Assembly: GCA_950097015.1 (NCBI GenBank)
Contig: CATNEN010000036.1
Span: forward strand, 59,547-123,546
DNA from: Macrostomum hystrix
Taxonomy: Eukaryota > Animalia > Platyhelminthes
Direction: 5' to 3'
DNA length: 64,000 nucleotides
Under the pieces are notes generated by a model. The model had not been told where the DNA came from and ran no database searches. It saw nothing but the letters and a program-made list of their open reading frames with translations. Within the stretch, counting starts at the first letter, position 1. Every line of letters starts with the position of its first letter. The position numbers and the translations under genes were made by a program. Shown here piece by piece: positions 1 to 13,819 of this stretch.

Positions 1-900
1 CTTTAACTGTAAAAGTCTAAAAAGTTCTTGCATTGGACAACGAATCATTGACCTCCCAAGTTTAACTAAATAGGGCAGGACTACATTTTAAACTTTCCTT
101 TCAAGGAGAGCTAATCATTCACGTGACGAATGCACTGTGGAGAGGGAATAGAGGGGGTCGGGTAGAGGCACGGCAGGAGAGAGAGAAGATGTGGACGGAG
201 ATGGAGAGGGGGAGATGCCGGAAGCCACCACAAACCTCCCTCCCCTCTCTCAGCTTACCTTCGGCCAGCTTAGACATCAACAATGGCACCGGTAGGTAGG
301 CAGGGGAGCAAAGAAGAGTTAGCACTTTTAATAAAAAGGTTGGAGAGTGTCGGAGAAGGATGGAGCTGAACGATAGGGCAGGAAGCTGGGAGATAACTTG
401 ATGTAGCAGTGGAACATTGCTCCGTACCAACACGCGCAGCTTATGGCTCCGGCGATTGGGGATAAATCTCCCCATCATACACTATACTCAGATCCCAAAT
501 CCAAATACCAATCAATACATGCGCGCACAAAGTATTCTTTGCATTATGCATACAGTTCACTTTCTATCCCTATATTTTGCTCCCATCTGGTCAAATGCTG
601 AACTCACATTTCTCCCCAACTCGCATTAAAAGTGCAGCTAAGACAGTAAGGACAAAATTATTCCTAAAAAATGTGAATACTCAATAGCGGCAATTAAATT
701 TTTATTAGTATAAAAACTGTAGCTACTTATTTCACTTTACTTCTAACACTTTCACCCAGCAATCCAATTAGACAGCGGAATAAATTCACAAAAGTACTCA
801 CAAATTCTGTCAATGACATGCACCATAGTCCTGCCAGAGCCCACACCAATGGTTTGACAGTTCTGAAATATTATATAATTAATCAGTAATAAAAAGTAAT

Positions 901-1238
901 CATAATAATTGCAGGAGGGCTGTGGGCAATAGCACATCATTTGGTGACACGAAGAGGCAATTCTGTCCATTTCTCTGACTCCTCAGCACACACGCACACA
1001 TATACAGTACGCAGGCACACACTCACACAGGTGTGTACATCCGCCCTGACTTTCTCATCGTCAGGCAGTGCACACTCTCACTGTACCTCGGAGGTTGGCC
1101 CTTAAGGGCGTAAATTGCACGACAAGCCCCCAAGCCTTCTCTCCGCGCCGCGCCCAAAATAAATGTGGCCTCGCCGCGGAATCGAGCTCAGGGACCTTGG
1201 TGCGAGTAGCAAAAGCGTCAACCGCTCTGCCGTCTCCC
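901..1238 (-). mobile_element. tRNA-derived SINE, family A, copy 1
   Basis: Reverse complement has a tRNA-like head (A-box-like GGCAGAGCGG, B-box-like GAGCTCGATTCC), the core CTGCCTGACGATGAGAAAGTCAGGGC and a CCTGCAATTATTA tail. It matches five other copies in the window. Confidence 0.85.
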
Positions 1239-1893
1239 TAATACTTAATCAGTACTTAATTTAATTATTTAAAACTCATTCCTATGCAGTGCTAACCTGG
1301 AGATGTTCTTCAACTGCAGCATAGGCAGCCTGTTTTCTGGCCATATCCTTCTTGTTGTCGACATTGTTGTGCTTGTTTGTTGAGTTCATTGCGATGCGTT
1401 TGATTTAATATTCTTTTTTATTTCGCCTGTAACAAAAACCTTGAAAATTAAAAGTGGCAGATTTCTAGATGTTGCATTCGGAGCTGAAAAATAGTGTCAT
1501 TCATTAATAATTTTTCTATAAATTATAATAATACCAACTAGCTGAAGCCATGCAGGTAATGTAGTTAAAGAAAAAATATTTGTTGTCATTTAAATCTTAT
1601 TTAAACTGCTTTCTAAAGCTTGAAATCAATTATTAAGTAGAGAAATCAATACAAAAATAACTAAAAATTCATATTTCTTTAAGTACATTAACTTTAATGA
1701 TAAATAGTAAGCAATCTCACTATGAAAATAGTAAAAGGGAAAGTAACTAAAACTTAAGAGTTAGTACTTAACATGTCTGACCAATCCTTTACAAAAAAAC
1801 TAGTGAGTCTAGTAGTATATAAAGGCGTGAACATTTTATGCAATACAGTAGCTGCTGAGCGGTGAAACAATACAAATTTTTGTGGATCTTTTT

Positions 1894-2126
1894 GAGGGCC
1901 AACCTCCAAGCCACAATGAGAGTGTACACTGCCTGATGATGAGAAAGTCAGGCCAGATTTATACAACCTATGTGAATGTGTGTGCCTGTCTACAGTACTT
2001 ATGTTGTGTGTGTGTGTGTGTATGCTCAGGAGTCAGAAAAATGGGCAGAATTGCCTCCTTGCTGGCTACGGGTCCAGTGTCACAAAATGATATGCAATTG
2101 CCTACAGCATTCCTACAATTATTACT
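1894..2126 (+). mobile_element. SINE family A, 5'-truncated copy 2
   Basis: GAGGGCCAACCTCCAA...CTGCCTGATGATGAGAAAGTCAGG...CAATTATTAC aligns by eye to the 3' two-thirds of the other copies. Confidence 0.8.
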
Positions 2127-3729
2127 ATATGTATCATCAATACTGAGCCTAAATATTTGAATTTTCTAACAAAAAGTATATTTAGTAGTAGTACTGCCAT
2201 TTGTGCTTTAGCTTTGCCAGCATAACAAGGTATTCCAATTTTCATTTTATTTTTTAAAGAAACATAGGGGGCCTAGTGTCCTTTTTTAAGACATTGGTAC
2301 AACTTAGGTATTAGTAAGCATTTTTATTATGGGCTATTTTGGGACAAGCCATAACGCTTGATCCATAGTGTGTACTTAAAATACAATTTGGATGTTAGAT
2401 GAAAGCATCAACTCTAGTCTAGCACCAAACCAAAAAATTAATACAGTAACAGTACACCTGAAAAGTATGACTAATTGCAATACAAGTACAATTATAAAAT
2501 AGAAAGTAACAATAAACATTCCTATGGCCATCAATGAATGACAAAAATGTGCAAAAGATAAGCCTATGTATTTTTGGCATCTGTGTATACACGTACATTC
2601 ATAGGATGGCAAGTTAGAGCAAGCTGTTTATTAAAATAGTGATTGTATTTTATTTACTTGATTTTATAGATGAAAAAAATTCATAATTTAATAGTATAAT
2701 TCCTCACTCTTCTAAAGTCTAAGATCCCCAAGCCAATAGCCATGACAATATAAATAGACAAGCCACCATGTCTCAAATATGGGTTGTGGCTTGCTTATGA
2801 AGCGGGCTGCTGTGCCTGTAGGGCCTAAGTTTCTGAATTATGGACATGGCCAGCATATAGGTAAGCAAGCAACGACTCCATATTTTATTAGGGACATGGG
2901 CATGGCAGCTGTGTAATGTAATTTTGCTGCTTATGGGCATGACCGTGGTGCCCTAAATTAGGCATGTTAAGCACTAGCTGAAAATTAATATATATAATTT
3001 TACGCTTTTATTAATATTGATCAATTAAACTAAATCATTCAAGTTTTTTAATTCGTACTTTTATGTCAGTTCACCGAGTCTGACATGAGATTAACCTTAA
3101 CTAAGCTTCGATTCACATTAAAGTATGATAATTTTTACCTGATCCTGACTTCAGATATATTACGCAGCGTAATATACTATAGCACATGACATCGTAATCT
3201 CAGTTGACTTCCAAGTCATTGAATAATTTGCGCAAAGTGTCCTAGCCTAAGACGATTAAAAAAGTTTGTGAATTCTTGTTAATTCCTCGAATTTTTCTCA
3301 CTTAAATTTTACTGATTGCATTCTTGACGTTGACGATTTCGTGACCTGAATAAATCCGTGATTTTAGATTTGTATCGTGGTGAATATTAAACTCATTCTA
3401 TAATTGCCTAAATATTATTTTAAAGCGGCTTAAGTCTATCGCTCGTCTTGGAAGGCTCTTAAAATGTTTTCAATTTGGCAGATAAGGCCGAAGTCCTTAG
3501 GGCAGATAGATTTGGGGCAGAGTATAGATATTTACATTTTTCCTGTCTTAACTATTTCAGTAAAAAATAATATTCAGCATTGACAAACGGTAAAGTTCAA
3601 CCATAATTCAGCCCAGCGTCTCATTAGTGTTAGAAAGACGCATTGCTGGAAGCGAAATAGTGGTCCACTTAGCCATTAGACGTTCATTCACTGGGATACA
3701 CAGACTACTATACTCTTAATCTGACTGAG

Positions 3730-3766
3730 TAGTGTGTGTGTGAGTGTGTGTGTGTGTGTGTGTGTG
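3730..3766. repeat. (TG)n microsatellite
   Basis: Direct inspection. Confidence 0.95.
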
Positions 3767-4431
3767 TCAAGGACCAGTAGTAGATGGAGGACGTTACACT
3801 CGGATTTCGTGGAAATTTTTTTGAAGTCCGATTTTTACTGCAAAATACATTGGCGAGATAGCAAAATTTCACGTTTTTAATATTCAGAGGCCTGTTGTAA
3901 TTGATTTAAGCCTGCTTCAAAAAAACCCATCTAAAATTTTACTATTAACACCCTGTTCTATTGGTTTCTATTATGTTTTAGTCGCGAAAACGTTCTACAG
4001 ATATAGTTTTATCACATTTTGATGTAGTCATGAAATAACATATATATGCCCTTTGGCTAGCTAAACTATAGCTAGGCTGGCCTAGCATATCAGGCCTTCT
4101 ATATTAAATCTCTCTAACAAAAAAATTAAATTTGTATTGCCATAGCATATCTCGTGTCATACAAACATGATAAGAAGATGCTAAGTTTGATAATGGACAC
4201 TCATTCATAATATACTCAATTATATTTATATATCCACACTCCAACCAAGTTCCCTAATAAGTGGTTTCATCCACTGAAATTCATTGATACAGCTGTTGTA
4301 GGCATTCCAAATACATGTCTACTGTGTACCAACTATGCTATTAAACCTTTAAACCTTTAAATTAAAAAATCGGCCTTCAAAAAAATGTGCACCATTTTAG
4401 AGTGTTACGTCCTTCTACTTAAGTAGTCCGT

Positions 4432-4455
4432 GGTGTGTGTGTGTGTGTGTGTGCG

Positions 4456-4486
<31 letters not shown>
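4432..4486. repeat. (TG)n microsatellite
   Basis: Direct inspection. Confidence 0.95.
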
Positions 4487-5383
4487 TAGCTGCGCTAGAT
4501 ATATCTGCCTGTATGAGCGTTCTTCAATGACATGAAATTCTTCACGAGTTTTTGCTCCTGCAAGTAATACTGAAGTAGTTGATCAGCGATACAAGTAGTC
4601 AGCTTATTAGCATGCATTACTACTCTTAGTAAGCTTTTGTTAAATTCAATCTTGGTGCATATACGTGCAGCATATAGCATGTCAATCACTTTTTTAAATT
4701 TAGGTTACCATATAGATGACAAACAATGAGCAAATATCTTCAAGATTGAAAGACACTTTTGGACATCATTTGTCTTCAGCATGCATGCAGTCTATTATGC
4801 AGCCAGCTTTAACATGAAGAATTTCAGTAAGTTTTTTATCGTTCTGGAACAGTCTCAAATCTTAATATCATGCCAGCCAAGTGATCAGTTTGCCAACCAA
4901 AATTCAGAAATATTTGAATGCATGTCCACACACTAGACAGAGAACTGATGCTGGCATCAGACAAGAGGTCATCAGGGTTCCATACAGTACCATGCCTTTG
5001 TTAATCTTCTTTGTTGGACAATTTTGCTCGGCAAATGACCGAAAGTTTGTTGAAAAGGCCGCGTCTAGCAATATAGATTAGAGAAATGACAATTTCCAAT
5101 TTAACATGCGATGCCATCGCAGCATCGACTGTTCTAAAACACATGGTCAATGAATTAGGCCGAGAATGCCGCTGCTGCTGCTGCTGCTGCTGCTGATGCT
5201 GCCACTTCGAGGCCCAGGGGGCACGAAGGAATGCGCAGTTTTTGGCAGAAGGCTCACATGAAAGCTGATGGTGCAGCAGAATTGGATCACACTTTGGGAG
5301 TTAAAGGTAATTTGAAGGATTAAGGTATACAAACCAACTGAGAAATAGGCTTCATATCATAGAAATCATAGAACAGGCAGCGG

Positions 5384-6215
5384 ATAGAACATTCTGGTCA
5401 TAGAACAGACTGGTCATAGAACAGACTGGTCATAGAACAGACTGGTCATAGAACAGACTGGTCATAGAACAGACTGGTCATAGAACAGACTGGTCATAGA
5501 ACAGACTGGTCATAGAACTTACTGGTCATAGAACAGACTGGTCATAGAACAGACTGGTCATAGAACAGACTGGTCATAGAACAGACTGGTCATAGATCAG
5601 ACTGGTCATAGAAGAGACTGGTCATAGAACAGACTGGTCATAGTACAGACTGGTCATAGAACAGACTGGTCATAGAACAGACTGGTCATAGAACATTCTG
5701 GTCATAGAACAGACTGGTCATAGTACAGACTGGTCATAGAACAGACTGGTCATAGAACAGACTGGTCATAGAACAGACTGGTCATAGAACAGACTGGTCA
5801 TAGAACTTACTGGTCATAGAACAGACTGGTCATAGAACAGACTGGTCATAGAACAGACTGGTCATAGAACAGACTGGTCATAGAACAGACTGGTCATAGA
5901 ACAGACTGTTCATAGAACAGACTGGTCATAGAACAGACTGGTCATAGAACAGACTGGTCATAGAACAGACTGGTCATAGAACAGACTGGTCATAGAACAT
6001 ACTGGTCATAGAACAGACTGGTCATAGAACAGACTGGTCATAGAACAGACTGGTCATAGAACAGACTGGTCATAGAACAGACTGGTCATAGAACAGACTG
6101 TTCATAGAACAGACTGGTCATAGAACAGACTGGTCATAGAACAGACTGGTCATAGAACAGACTGTTCATAGAACAGACTGGTCATAGAACAGACTGGTCA
6201 TAGAACAGACTGGTC
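5384..6215. repeat. 16-bp minisatellite (CATAGAACAGACTGGT)n, about 50 units
   Basis: Near-perfect head-to-tail units with rare variants and no spacers. Confidence 0.97.
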
Positions 6216-6795
6216 ACAGAAAGTAGCCGATCTTAATGGATAATTTGAGAGGAAACAAGGCAGCAGAAAATAGGGATTTTTTACTAAACACTTTTCGAGA
6301 CTTGTTGGCAAACAAGGCCGGTTGTTCCTGTCACCATCTTCCCATGCTCTCTCACGCCTTCCAAGCTCTTTTATCCCTTCAAATAGGCATTTTTGACAGT
6401 TTCCCATAGACTCGACCTCAATGATTAGACAGCTAGCGCCAGGACCCATTCCTTGACAAAGCTAGGCCAGTTGCTGCCTCTAGTAGGTTGCAAAGAAGAT
6501 GCTTCACAGGGAAACAGGGAAAAATATGAAAGAACACCGCAGGGATGCGGCCTGCCTGACCCCGGGGGTCCGGGAAACACGCAGGCCTCTGTTAGTGGGA
6601 GCAGGCAAACAAGAGATGGGGGGCATTGCTAAGTAGCCGTGTCAACACTGTTGCAGACTACAGCCTACAACTGAGGACTGCTGCATTCTCCATCATTAAC
6701 TGGGAGGAGCCCCAGCCTCTATTTCTGTCACCCACTTTCCTGCAGTTGGCCGCCCTGGACATTGTCACCCAAATAGCAGGCAAAAACTGCATTCA

Positions 6796-7021
<226 letters not shown>

Positions 7022-7704
7022 TCCGTATTCCGTAATACGTATCTACCTAAGCTTGTCGTACTTAATATTCTCGAACGGTTTTCATTACTTTTCACACTTT
7101 TGACTGGTTGGTCAGATACGCACTGAAATTGTTTACGAAACCAGTGCACCAAATGGCCCTCACTTTTACCTGCCCTAACATCAGTAAAGATTGAAATCTG
7201 CAATGTCCTCAGGATGCCAGCATTGTGTCTTAGCGCCTGTCACACCCCATTCACTCGTCAAGATAATCTTTTGCATAGTTTAAACAAAACAAAGCGTCAA
7301 GTATTCCATCAGTTTTGAATCCTTTCGTAGGACAGGACACCATCTCACTTTAGCAACTATTTTTTTATCATAACTTTCTTCGGGGCAGATAAACAAAGTC
7401 AAATTGTTTATTTTTTGTAATCGGACAAATCCACATGGAATCATCAACTGATGCTAATTTTTGGGGATGAAGTGTGGAACCACCAACAGAACAGATGGAT
7501 TCCATCAATGCGGACTCAATTACAGAGTAAAGCTGGACGATATGGACAAATCAAAGATGATAAAGATCTTTTTGGTCAACTTTTTCAGCGATTTCATTAA
7601 AAATTCTGACTCAAAGTAAAATGAATAAAAATATGCCAAGCTACAGCCAAGGGTACACAATTTATTTTTATGATCAAGAGAACAAAAATCGTTATTTTTA
7701 TGGA

Positions 7705-8045
7705 ATGGGCTTCTAGGAAATGGGGTTTCTTGGAAATGTTTTTTTCTATGAAATGGGGTTTCAAGAAAATGGGATTTCTAGTAAATTAATTGTTTCTAGG
7801 GCAATGTGTTTCTAGGAAAATAAGTTTTTAGGGAAAATCATTTCTAGTAAAAATAGTTTTTATGGATGATAGTTTCTTAGGCAAAATATTTTTCTTGAAA
7901 CGAGGGAAAACTAGGAAAAACAATTTTCTAGTTTCTAGGAAAATGTGTTTCTAGGAAATGATGTTTCTAGGAAATCTGGTTTTTTGGAACTTTAGCTTTT
8001 TTCTTTTTGAAATGCTAGTTATCAAACTAGATTTCTAGGAAAGTA
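7705..8045. repeat. Degenerate AT-rich repeat built on TTTCTAGGAAA
   Basis: Recurring TTCTAGGAAA-like motif at irregular spacing of about 20 bp. Confidence 0.7.
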
Positions 8046-8809
8046 GAAAAAAGGTTTATAGTAAGGAGGAATCACTGATACGCGCTTTCCAGGAACGTTA
8101 ATTTTAATATAAATGATACTATTTTAGAAAAGTGCTTTGCAAACATAATTTTCTAAGCAGTATTTTTTTTCTTTCAAACTGCATTCATTCTTAATCATCG
8201 AAATTTAAATGAAAGCTCTGAAGGCTCTGGGTTGAAAGTTGAATTGAACCTTAGAATTCAAGGGAAAAAATCCGTAACAAACAGAAGCAGCTGCGCTCGT
8301 TCGCGCTGGTTCGTTCTAACGATAATGAAACGGAGCACCCAATATAATATAATGAGGCCACCAGCAAACCAGGTCTTGCGGTCACGTCCCTGGGCCGCAA
8401 TCAAAAGCACCTGTGACAGCTCGTCAACTACAGCAAGTCTCCCACATTGCCTCCCATTATATGGCGGAGAAATCTTGACTTATTATTGCACGTGTCCCCT
8501 ACCGCTTCTACCAGGACAGGCTAATTTACTGAACAATTTCAGCTGCAACTAGGCCACCAATCACTCCCGAATGCAGGGCGGCCGGCATTGACTTGTAAAA
8601 ACATTGGGGCAAATTGAGGTGAAAGAAAAAAATAACAACCAAATGCTACTAGACATGAATGTGGCACTGTGCATGCTGCAGCAAATTATCAGAACAATTC
8701 CTTGCAGGTCACAGAAATGAAAGTTATTTGACATGCAGAAGAAATATAGTCTTTGTTAAGAGACTAATATACCAGATTAATATTACTTTTTCTTACCTTC
8801 TTATTATCC

Positions 8810-8890
8810 TTCAATGCCATCATCAATGCCATCATCAATGCCATCATCAATGCCATCATCAATGCCATCATCAATGCCATCCTCAATGCC
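8810..8890. repeat. 12-bp repeat (ATCAATGCCATC)n
   Basis: About 6-7 tandem units. Confidence 0.9.
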
Positions 8891-9159
8891 CGCAAATTTA
8901 CTCCGTAAATCTACAGCTAGTTGGTGTTGAGAAAGTTTACACAGCAGTACAAACTGATAACTTTGTGATAAGTTCTGTGAAGGGACTTCCCGCTCCAGGC
9001 TGCACAGCTGACAAGCACGGTGCGAATGTACTTTTACTGTGTGTTCAATATCTGTGCAACGAAAAGTTAGCTCGTAGATTAAACAAAAGTGCAGCATCTT
9101 TTCTCAGCTGAAAATTACAGATTAAAAGCTCCTTTAAAGTCTCCCTTTCTCCCACTCAT

Positions 9160-11655
9160 AATCTGTTTATCTCACTGTCTCTCAACATCAATCTGTTTAT
9201 CTCACTGTCTCCCACCGTCAATCTGTTTATCTCACTGTCTCTCAACATCAATCAGTTTATCTCACTGTCTCTCACCGTCAATCTGTTTATCTCACTGTCT
9301 CTCACGGTCAATCAGTTCATCTCACTGTCTCTCACCGGTCAATCAGTTCATCTCACTGTCTCTCACTCTCAATCTGTTCATCTTACCTTCTCTCACTCTC
9401 AATCTGCTTATCTCACTGTCTCTCACTCTCAATCTGCTTATCACACTGTCTCTCACTCTCAATCTGCTTATCTCACTGTCTCTCACTCTCAATCTGCTTA
9501 TCACACTGTCTCTCACTCTCAATCTGCTTATCTCACTGTCTCTCACTCTCAATCTGTTCATCTTACCTTCTGTCACTCTCAATCTGCTTATCTCACTGTC
9601 TCTCACTCTCAATCTGCTTATCTCACTGTCTCTCACTCTCAATCTGCTTATCTCACTGTCTCTCACTCTCAATCTGCTTATCTCACTGTCTCTCACTCTC
9701 AATCTGTTCATCTTACCTTCTGTCACTCTCAATCTGTTCATCTTACCTTCTGTCACTCTCAATCTGTTCATCTTACCTTCTGTCACTCTCAATCTGCTTA
9801 TCTCACTGTCTCTCACTCTCAATCTGCTTATCTCACTGTCTCTCACTCTCAATCTGCTTATCTCACTGTCTCTCACTCTCAATCTGCTTATCTCACTGTC
9901 TCTCACTCTCAATCTGTTCATCTTACCTTCTGTCACTCTCAATCTGTTCATCTCACTGTCTCTCACTCTCAATCTGCTTATCTTACCTTCTGTCACTCTC
10001 AATCTGTTCATCTCACTGTCTCTCACTCTCAATCTGTTCATCTTACCTTCTGTCACTCTCAATCTGTTCATCTCACTGTCTCTCACTCTCAATCTGCTTA
10101 TCTCACTGTCTCTCACTCTCAATCTGTTCATCTTACCTTCTGTCACTCTCAATCTGTTCATCTCACTGTCTCTCACTCTCAATCTGCTTATCACACTGTC
10201 TCTCACTCTCAATCTGCTTATCTCACTGTCTCTCACTCTCAATCTGCTTATCACACTGTCTCTCACTCTCAATCTGCTTATCTCACTGTCTCTCACTCTC
10301 AATCTGTTCATCTTACCTTCTGTCACTCTCAATCTGCTTATCTCACTGTCTCTCACTCTCAATCTGCTTATCTCACTGTCTCTCACTCTCAATCTGCTTA
10401 TCTCACTGTCTCTCACTCTCAATCTGTTCATCTTACCTTCTGTCACTCTCAATCTGTTCATCTTACCTTCTGTCACTCTCAATCTGTTCATCTTACCTTC
10501 TGTCACTCTCAATCTGCTTATCTCACTGTCTCTCACTCTCAATCTGCTTATCTCACTGTCTCTCACTCTCAATCTGCTTATCTCACTGTCTCTCACTCTC
10601 AATCTGCTTATCTCACTGTCTCTCACTCTCAATCTGTTCATCTTACCTTCTGTCACTCTCAATCTGTTCATCTCACTGTCTCTCACTCTCAATCTGCTTA
10701 TCTTACCTTCTGTCACTCTCAATCTGTTCATCTCACTGTCTCTCACTCTCAATCTGTTCATCTTACCTTCTGTCACTCTCAATCTGTTCATCTCACTGTC
10801 TCTCACTCTCAATCTGCTTATCTCACTGTCTCTCACTCTCAATCTGTTCATCTTACCTTCTGTCACTCTCAATCTGTTCATCTCACTGTCTCTCACTCTC
10901 AATCTGCTTATCTCACTGTCTCTCACTCTCAATCTGCTTATCTCACTGTCTCTCACTCTCAATCTGCTTATCTCACTGTCTCTCACTCTCAATCTGCTTA
11001 TCACACTGTCTCTCACTCTCAATCTGCTTATCTCACTGTCTCTCACTCTCAATCTGTTCATCTTACCTTCTCTCACTCTCAATCTGCTTATCTCACTGTC
11101 TCTCACTCTCAATCTGCTTATCTCACTGTCTCTCACTCTCAATCTGCTTATCTCACTGTCTCTCACTCTCAATCTGCTTATCTCACTGTCTCTCACTCTC
11201 AATCTGTTCATCTTACCTTCTGTCACTCTCAATCTGCTTATCTCACTGTCTCTCACTCTCAATCTGCTTATCTTACTGTCTCTCACTCTCAATCTGCTTA
11301 TCTCACTGTCTCTCACTCTCAATCTGCTTATCTCACTGTCTCTCACTCTCAATCTGTTCATCTTACCTTCTGTCACTCTCAATCTGCTTATCTCACTGTC
11401 TCTCACTCTCAAACTGTTCATCTTACCTTCTGTCACTCTCAATCTGCTTATCTCACTGTCTCTCACTCTCAATCTGCTTATCTCACTGTCTCTCACTCTC
11501 AATCTGCTTATCTCACTGTCTCTCACTCTCAATCTGCTTATCTCACTGTCTCTCACTCTCAATCTGCTTATCTCACTGTCTCTCACTCTCAATCTGCTTA
11601 TCTCACTGTCTCTCACTCTCAATCTGCTTATCACACTGTCTCTCACTTTCAATCA
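9160..11655. repeat. 30-bp minisatellite, about 83 units, with higher-order structure
   Basis: Consensus AATCTGCTTATCTCACTGTCTCTCACTCTC with 4-5 recurrent unit variants; edge units are more diverged. Confidence 0.97.
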
Positions 11656-12012
11656 TTCTAAAAAAAACCAACAATTGCTGTACCTGCTGAAGGGTCACAA
11701 ACTCTCAAAGTTTCAGGTCGATCAGCCCATTTTTCGGATCTCCCAATATTGTTGCTGGGTGACAGGCAATATTCTATTCTGCAGTGGGTCAGCCAGCAAC
11801 AGCTCTGTCAGACTGTCACCACTGGTTGGCTGTCAGCTGTTGCGGTCATATAGGGGGTATCTGGTCACACGCCCCATTTGCGGTTCAATTTTGTTAGAAA
11901 AACACAGGGAAAATTGGTGTTTATCAAAAATCTCTTGCTGGTTTTGCTTGGTAACTGTCATTGTGGCCAACGCCACTTGGAGCCTTGAAGAGGTTCAAGC
12001 AGGATTTCCCAC

Positions 12013-12075
12013 CAAGAGACGGTGGGAGAAGAGACGGTGGGAGAAGAGACGGTGGGAGAAGAGACGGTGGGAGAT
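12013..12075. repeat. 15-bp repeat (AAGAGACGGTGGGAG) x4
   Basis: Direct inspection. Confidence 0.9.
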
Positions 12076-13570
12076 GTGAGGGCATAATGAAATAGCCTTA
12101 TCGCTGTGCCGCAACCAAAAAGTTTAACTCTCTCAAATTAATTCCGATCCGCCTTGTCTTGCTGTACATAGAGATTCTTTCAAAAATTTCAAATTTAGCA
12201 CGAACCGTCTTTTAATTCCGAGCCAGAAAAGAACCTTTTGAACATTTTCAGGCTTTCGCTTGTGTCCTCCAAACTTAACGTCAGTATTATTCTGCCGCTT
12301 AGAAATCATTATCAACTGAAGCACTCACTCCTTGTGGACATATTGTCTGGCTGCAGTTTCCATTAAATTCACATGGCGCGTGCTGGTCTGATGACAATAC
12401 AAGACCCGGTGGTACAGTTTGATAATAAGCGCCGAACAGCTGTCATGGCGGTCGTTGCGGTGGTGTCCTGAAGCATCTGAAGCTTTGTCACGCCCGCCAG
12501 ATCAGCTAATTCTGATGTTCTTTAAGACCAGAACAGATTGGTATGTAATTCTATGCATAGACAATCTAATAGATTGTATTTCCGAGGGGTCATTAGTCCG
12601 ATACCAATAGATGGAACAGAACAACAGGTGTGTTGGCGTGTTCTGCATGGGCATAGATCACAGCAATGGGAGTAATAAAACCCATAGAACTAGTGACAGT
12701 GGCCATTTCCTTTGTCATAAGTCTTTGTCATACACACTATGAGGACTGGACTATCGCTAACAATGTCCCGTTTCCATTCTTCTACTGATTTGTTATATTG
12801 GTCACAGAAATGATGCAGTGTCGCGACTGCGGCGAATAAGCATGACCTGTCAAGTGTTGGACTGTACCGTGTCCAAGCTGGTGAAGAAAACATCCTCAAA
12901 TTTGATTGCCTCTCCCTTTGTCCAGTTGAATGATGGCGGCGAAAAACACATATACAGTCTGGGCTGTATCAACCGCAGCCATGCTCTCCCAGATCCAACA
13001 GCCTCATCAATCCTGCATCCCCTCCTATACCATCTGCAGTTTGCCATCTCCATGTCCGGTTTAGGGGGGCGGGCTGCCCATCTCCAGGGAGTCACCGAAT
13101 CCCATGCTTAATATCTGATTATCGGCTGGTCACTGCTCAGGCGGCGCACCCGTGGGACACCGGTGCCTCGTCCCCATCACCCCCGAGTCCGTCATCCAAT
13201 AGGACGCTTCGCACGCGCAGCCTCCATTGGGTGGGGAGTTGGGAAAAATGTGGCAACGACCGGCCGCAGCCGCCGCCCCGCCCGCTAACAGCTTTGAAAC
13301 TGGGCGACCCCCCGCAACAAATGCCTCCCACATCCCACGCCCAACCCCCCACCCACCTCCGCAAACTGCTTCCCCGCCTCCTCCTTCTCTCCTCCCCTCT
13401 TTAAAATAATCCCCGAAGCGCCAACTAACTGGGTTAGCGGGTCTCTCAGCAGCTGTCACTGGCCTCATTGCGTATTCAGCAGCACCGGCAGAGAAAGAGA
13501 GACAGGAAAAATAAATTTCAAATCCGAAAAGCCAGTTCGAAGTCTGTTTCCGAGAGCCAAACTATCAAGC

Positions 13571-13782
13571 ATGATGCTGGCTAGGCCTAAAAAATCTTTC
13601 CTCATCAGAGACCTCCTGCTCGATGACTCTCACCAGCAGCAGCAGCAGCAGCAGGTTGGCGGAGCCTTCGCCGCCTTCGCGCAAGCTGCGGCTGCGGCGG
13701 CGGCGGCAGCGGCGGCAGCTGCGGCAGCTTCCAAGCATCACCATCAGCAGCAGCAACAGCAGCAGTTGCAAAGTCAGACACC

Positions 13783-13819
<37 letters not shown>

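Noticed and set aside
5147-5332. (CAG)n-containing minus-strand ORF as an exon
   Set aside because: No recognisable domain or partner exons; treated as a trinucleotide repeat.
7040-7600. Possible piggyBac-like transposase fragment on the minus strand
   Set aside because: Similarity is limited to a few residues, with multiple stops and no TTAA/TIR; not supportable.
9089-12079. 996-aa and 769-aa ORFs
   Set aside because: Artefacts of a stop-free 30-bp minisatellite read in frame; no splice, domain or codon evidence.
13130-13470. Several overlapping GC-rich ORFs upstream of lbx
   Set aside because: Low-complexity promoter/5' UTR-like sequence with no protein motifs.
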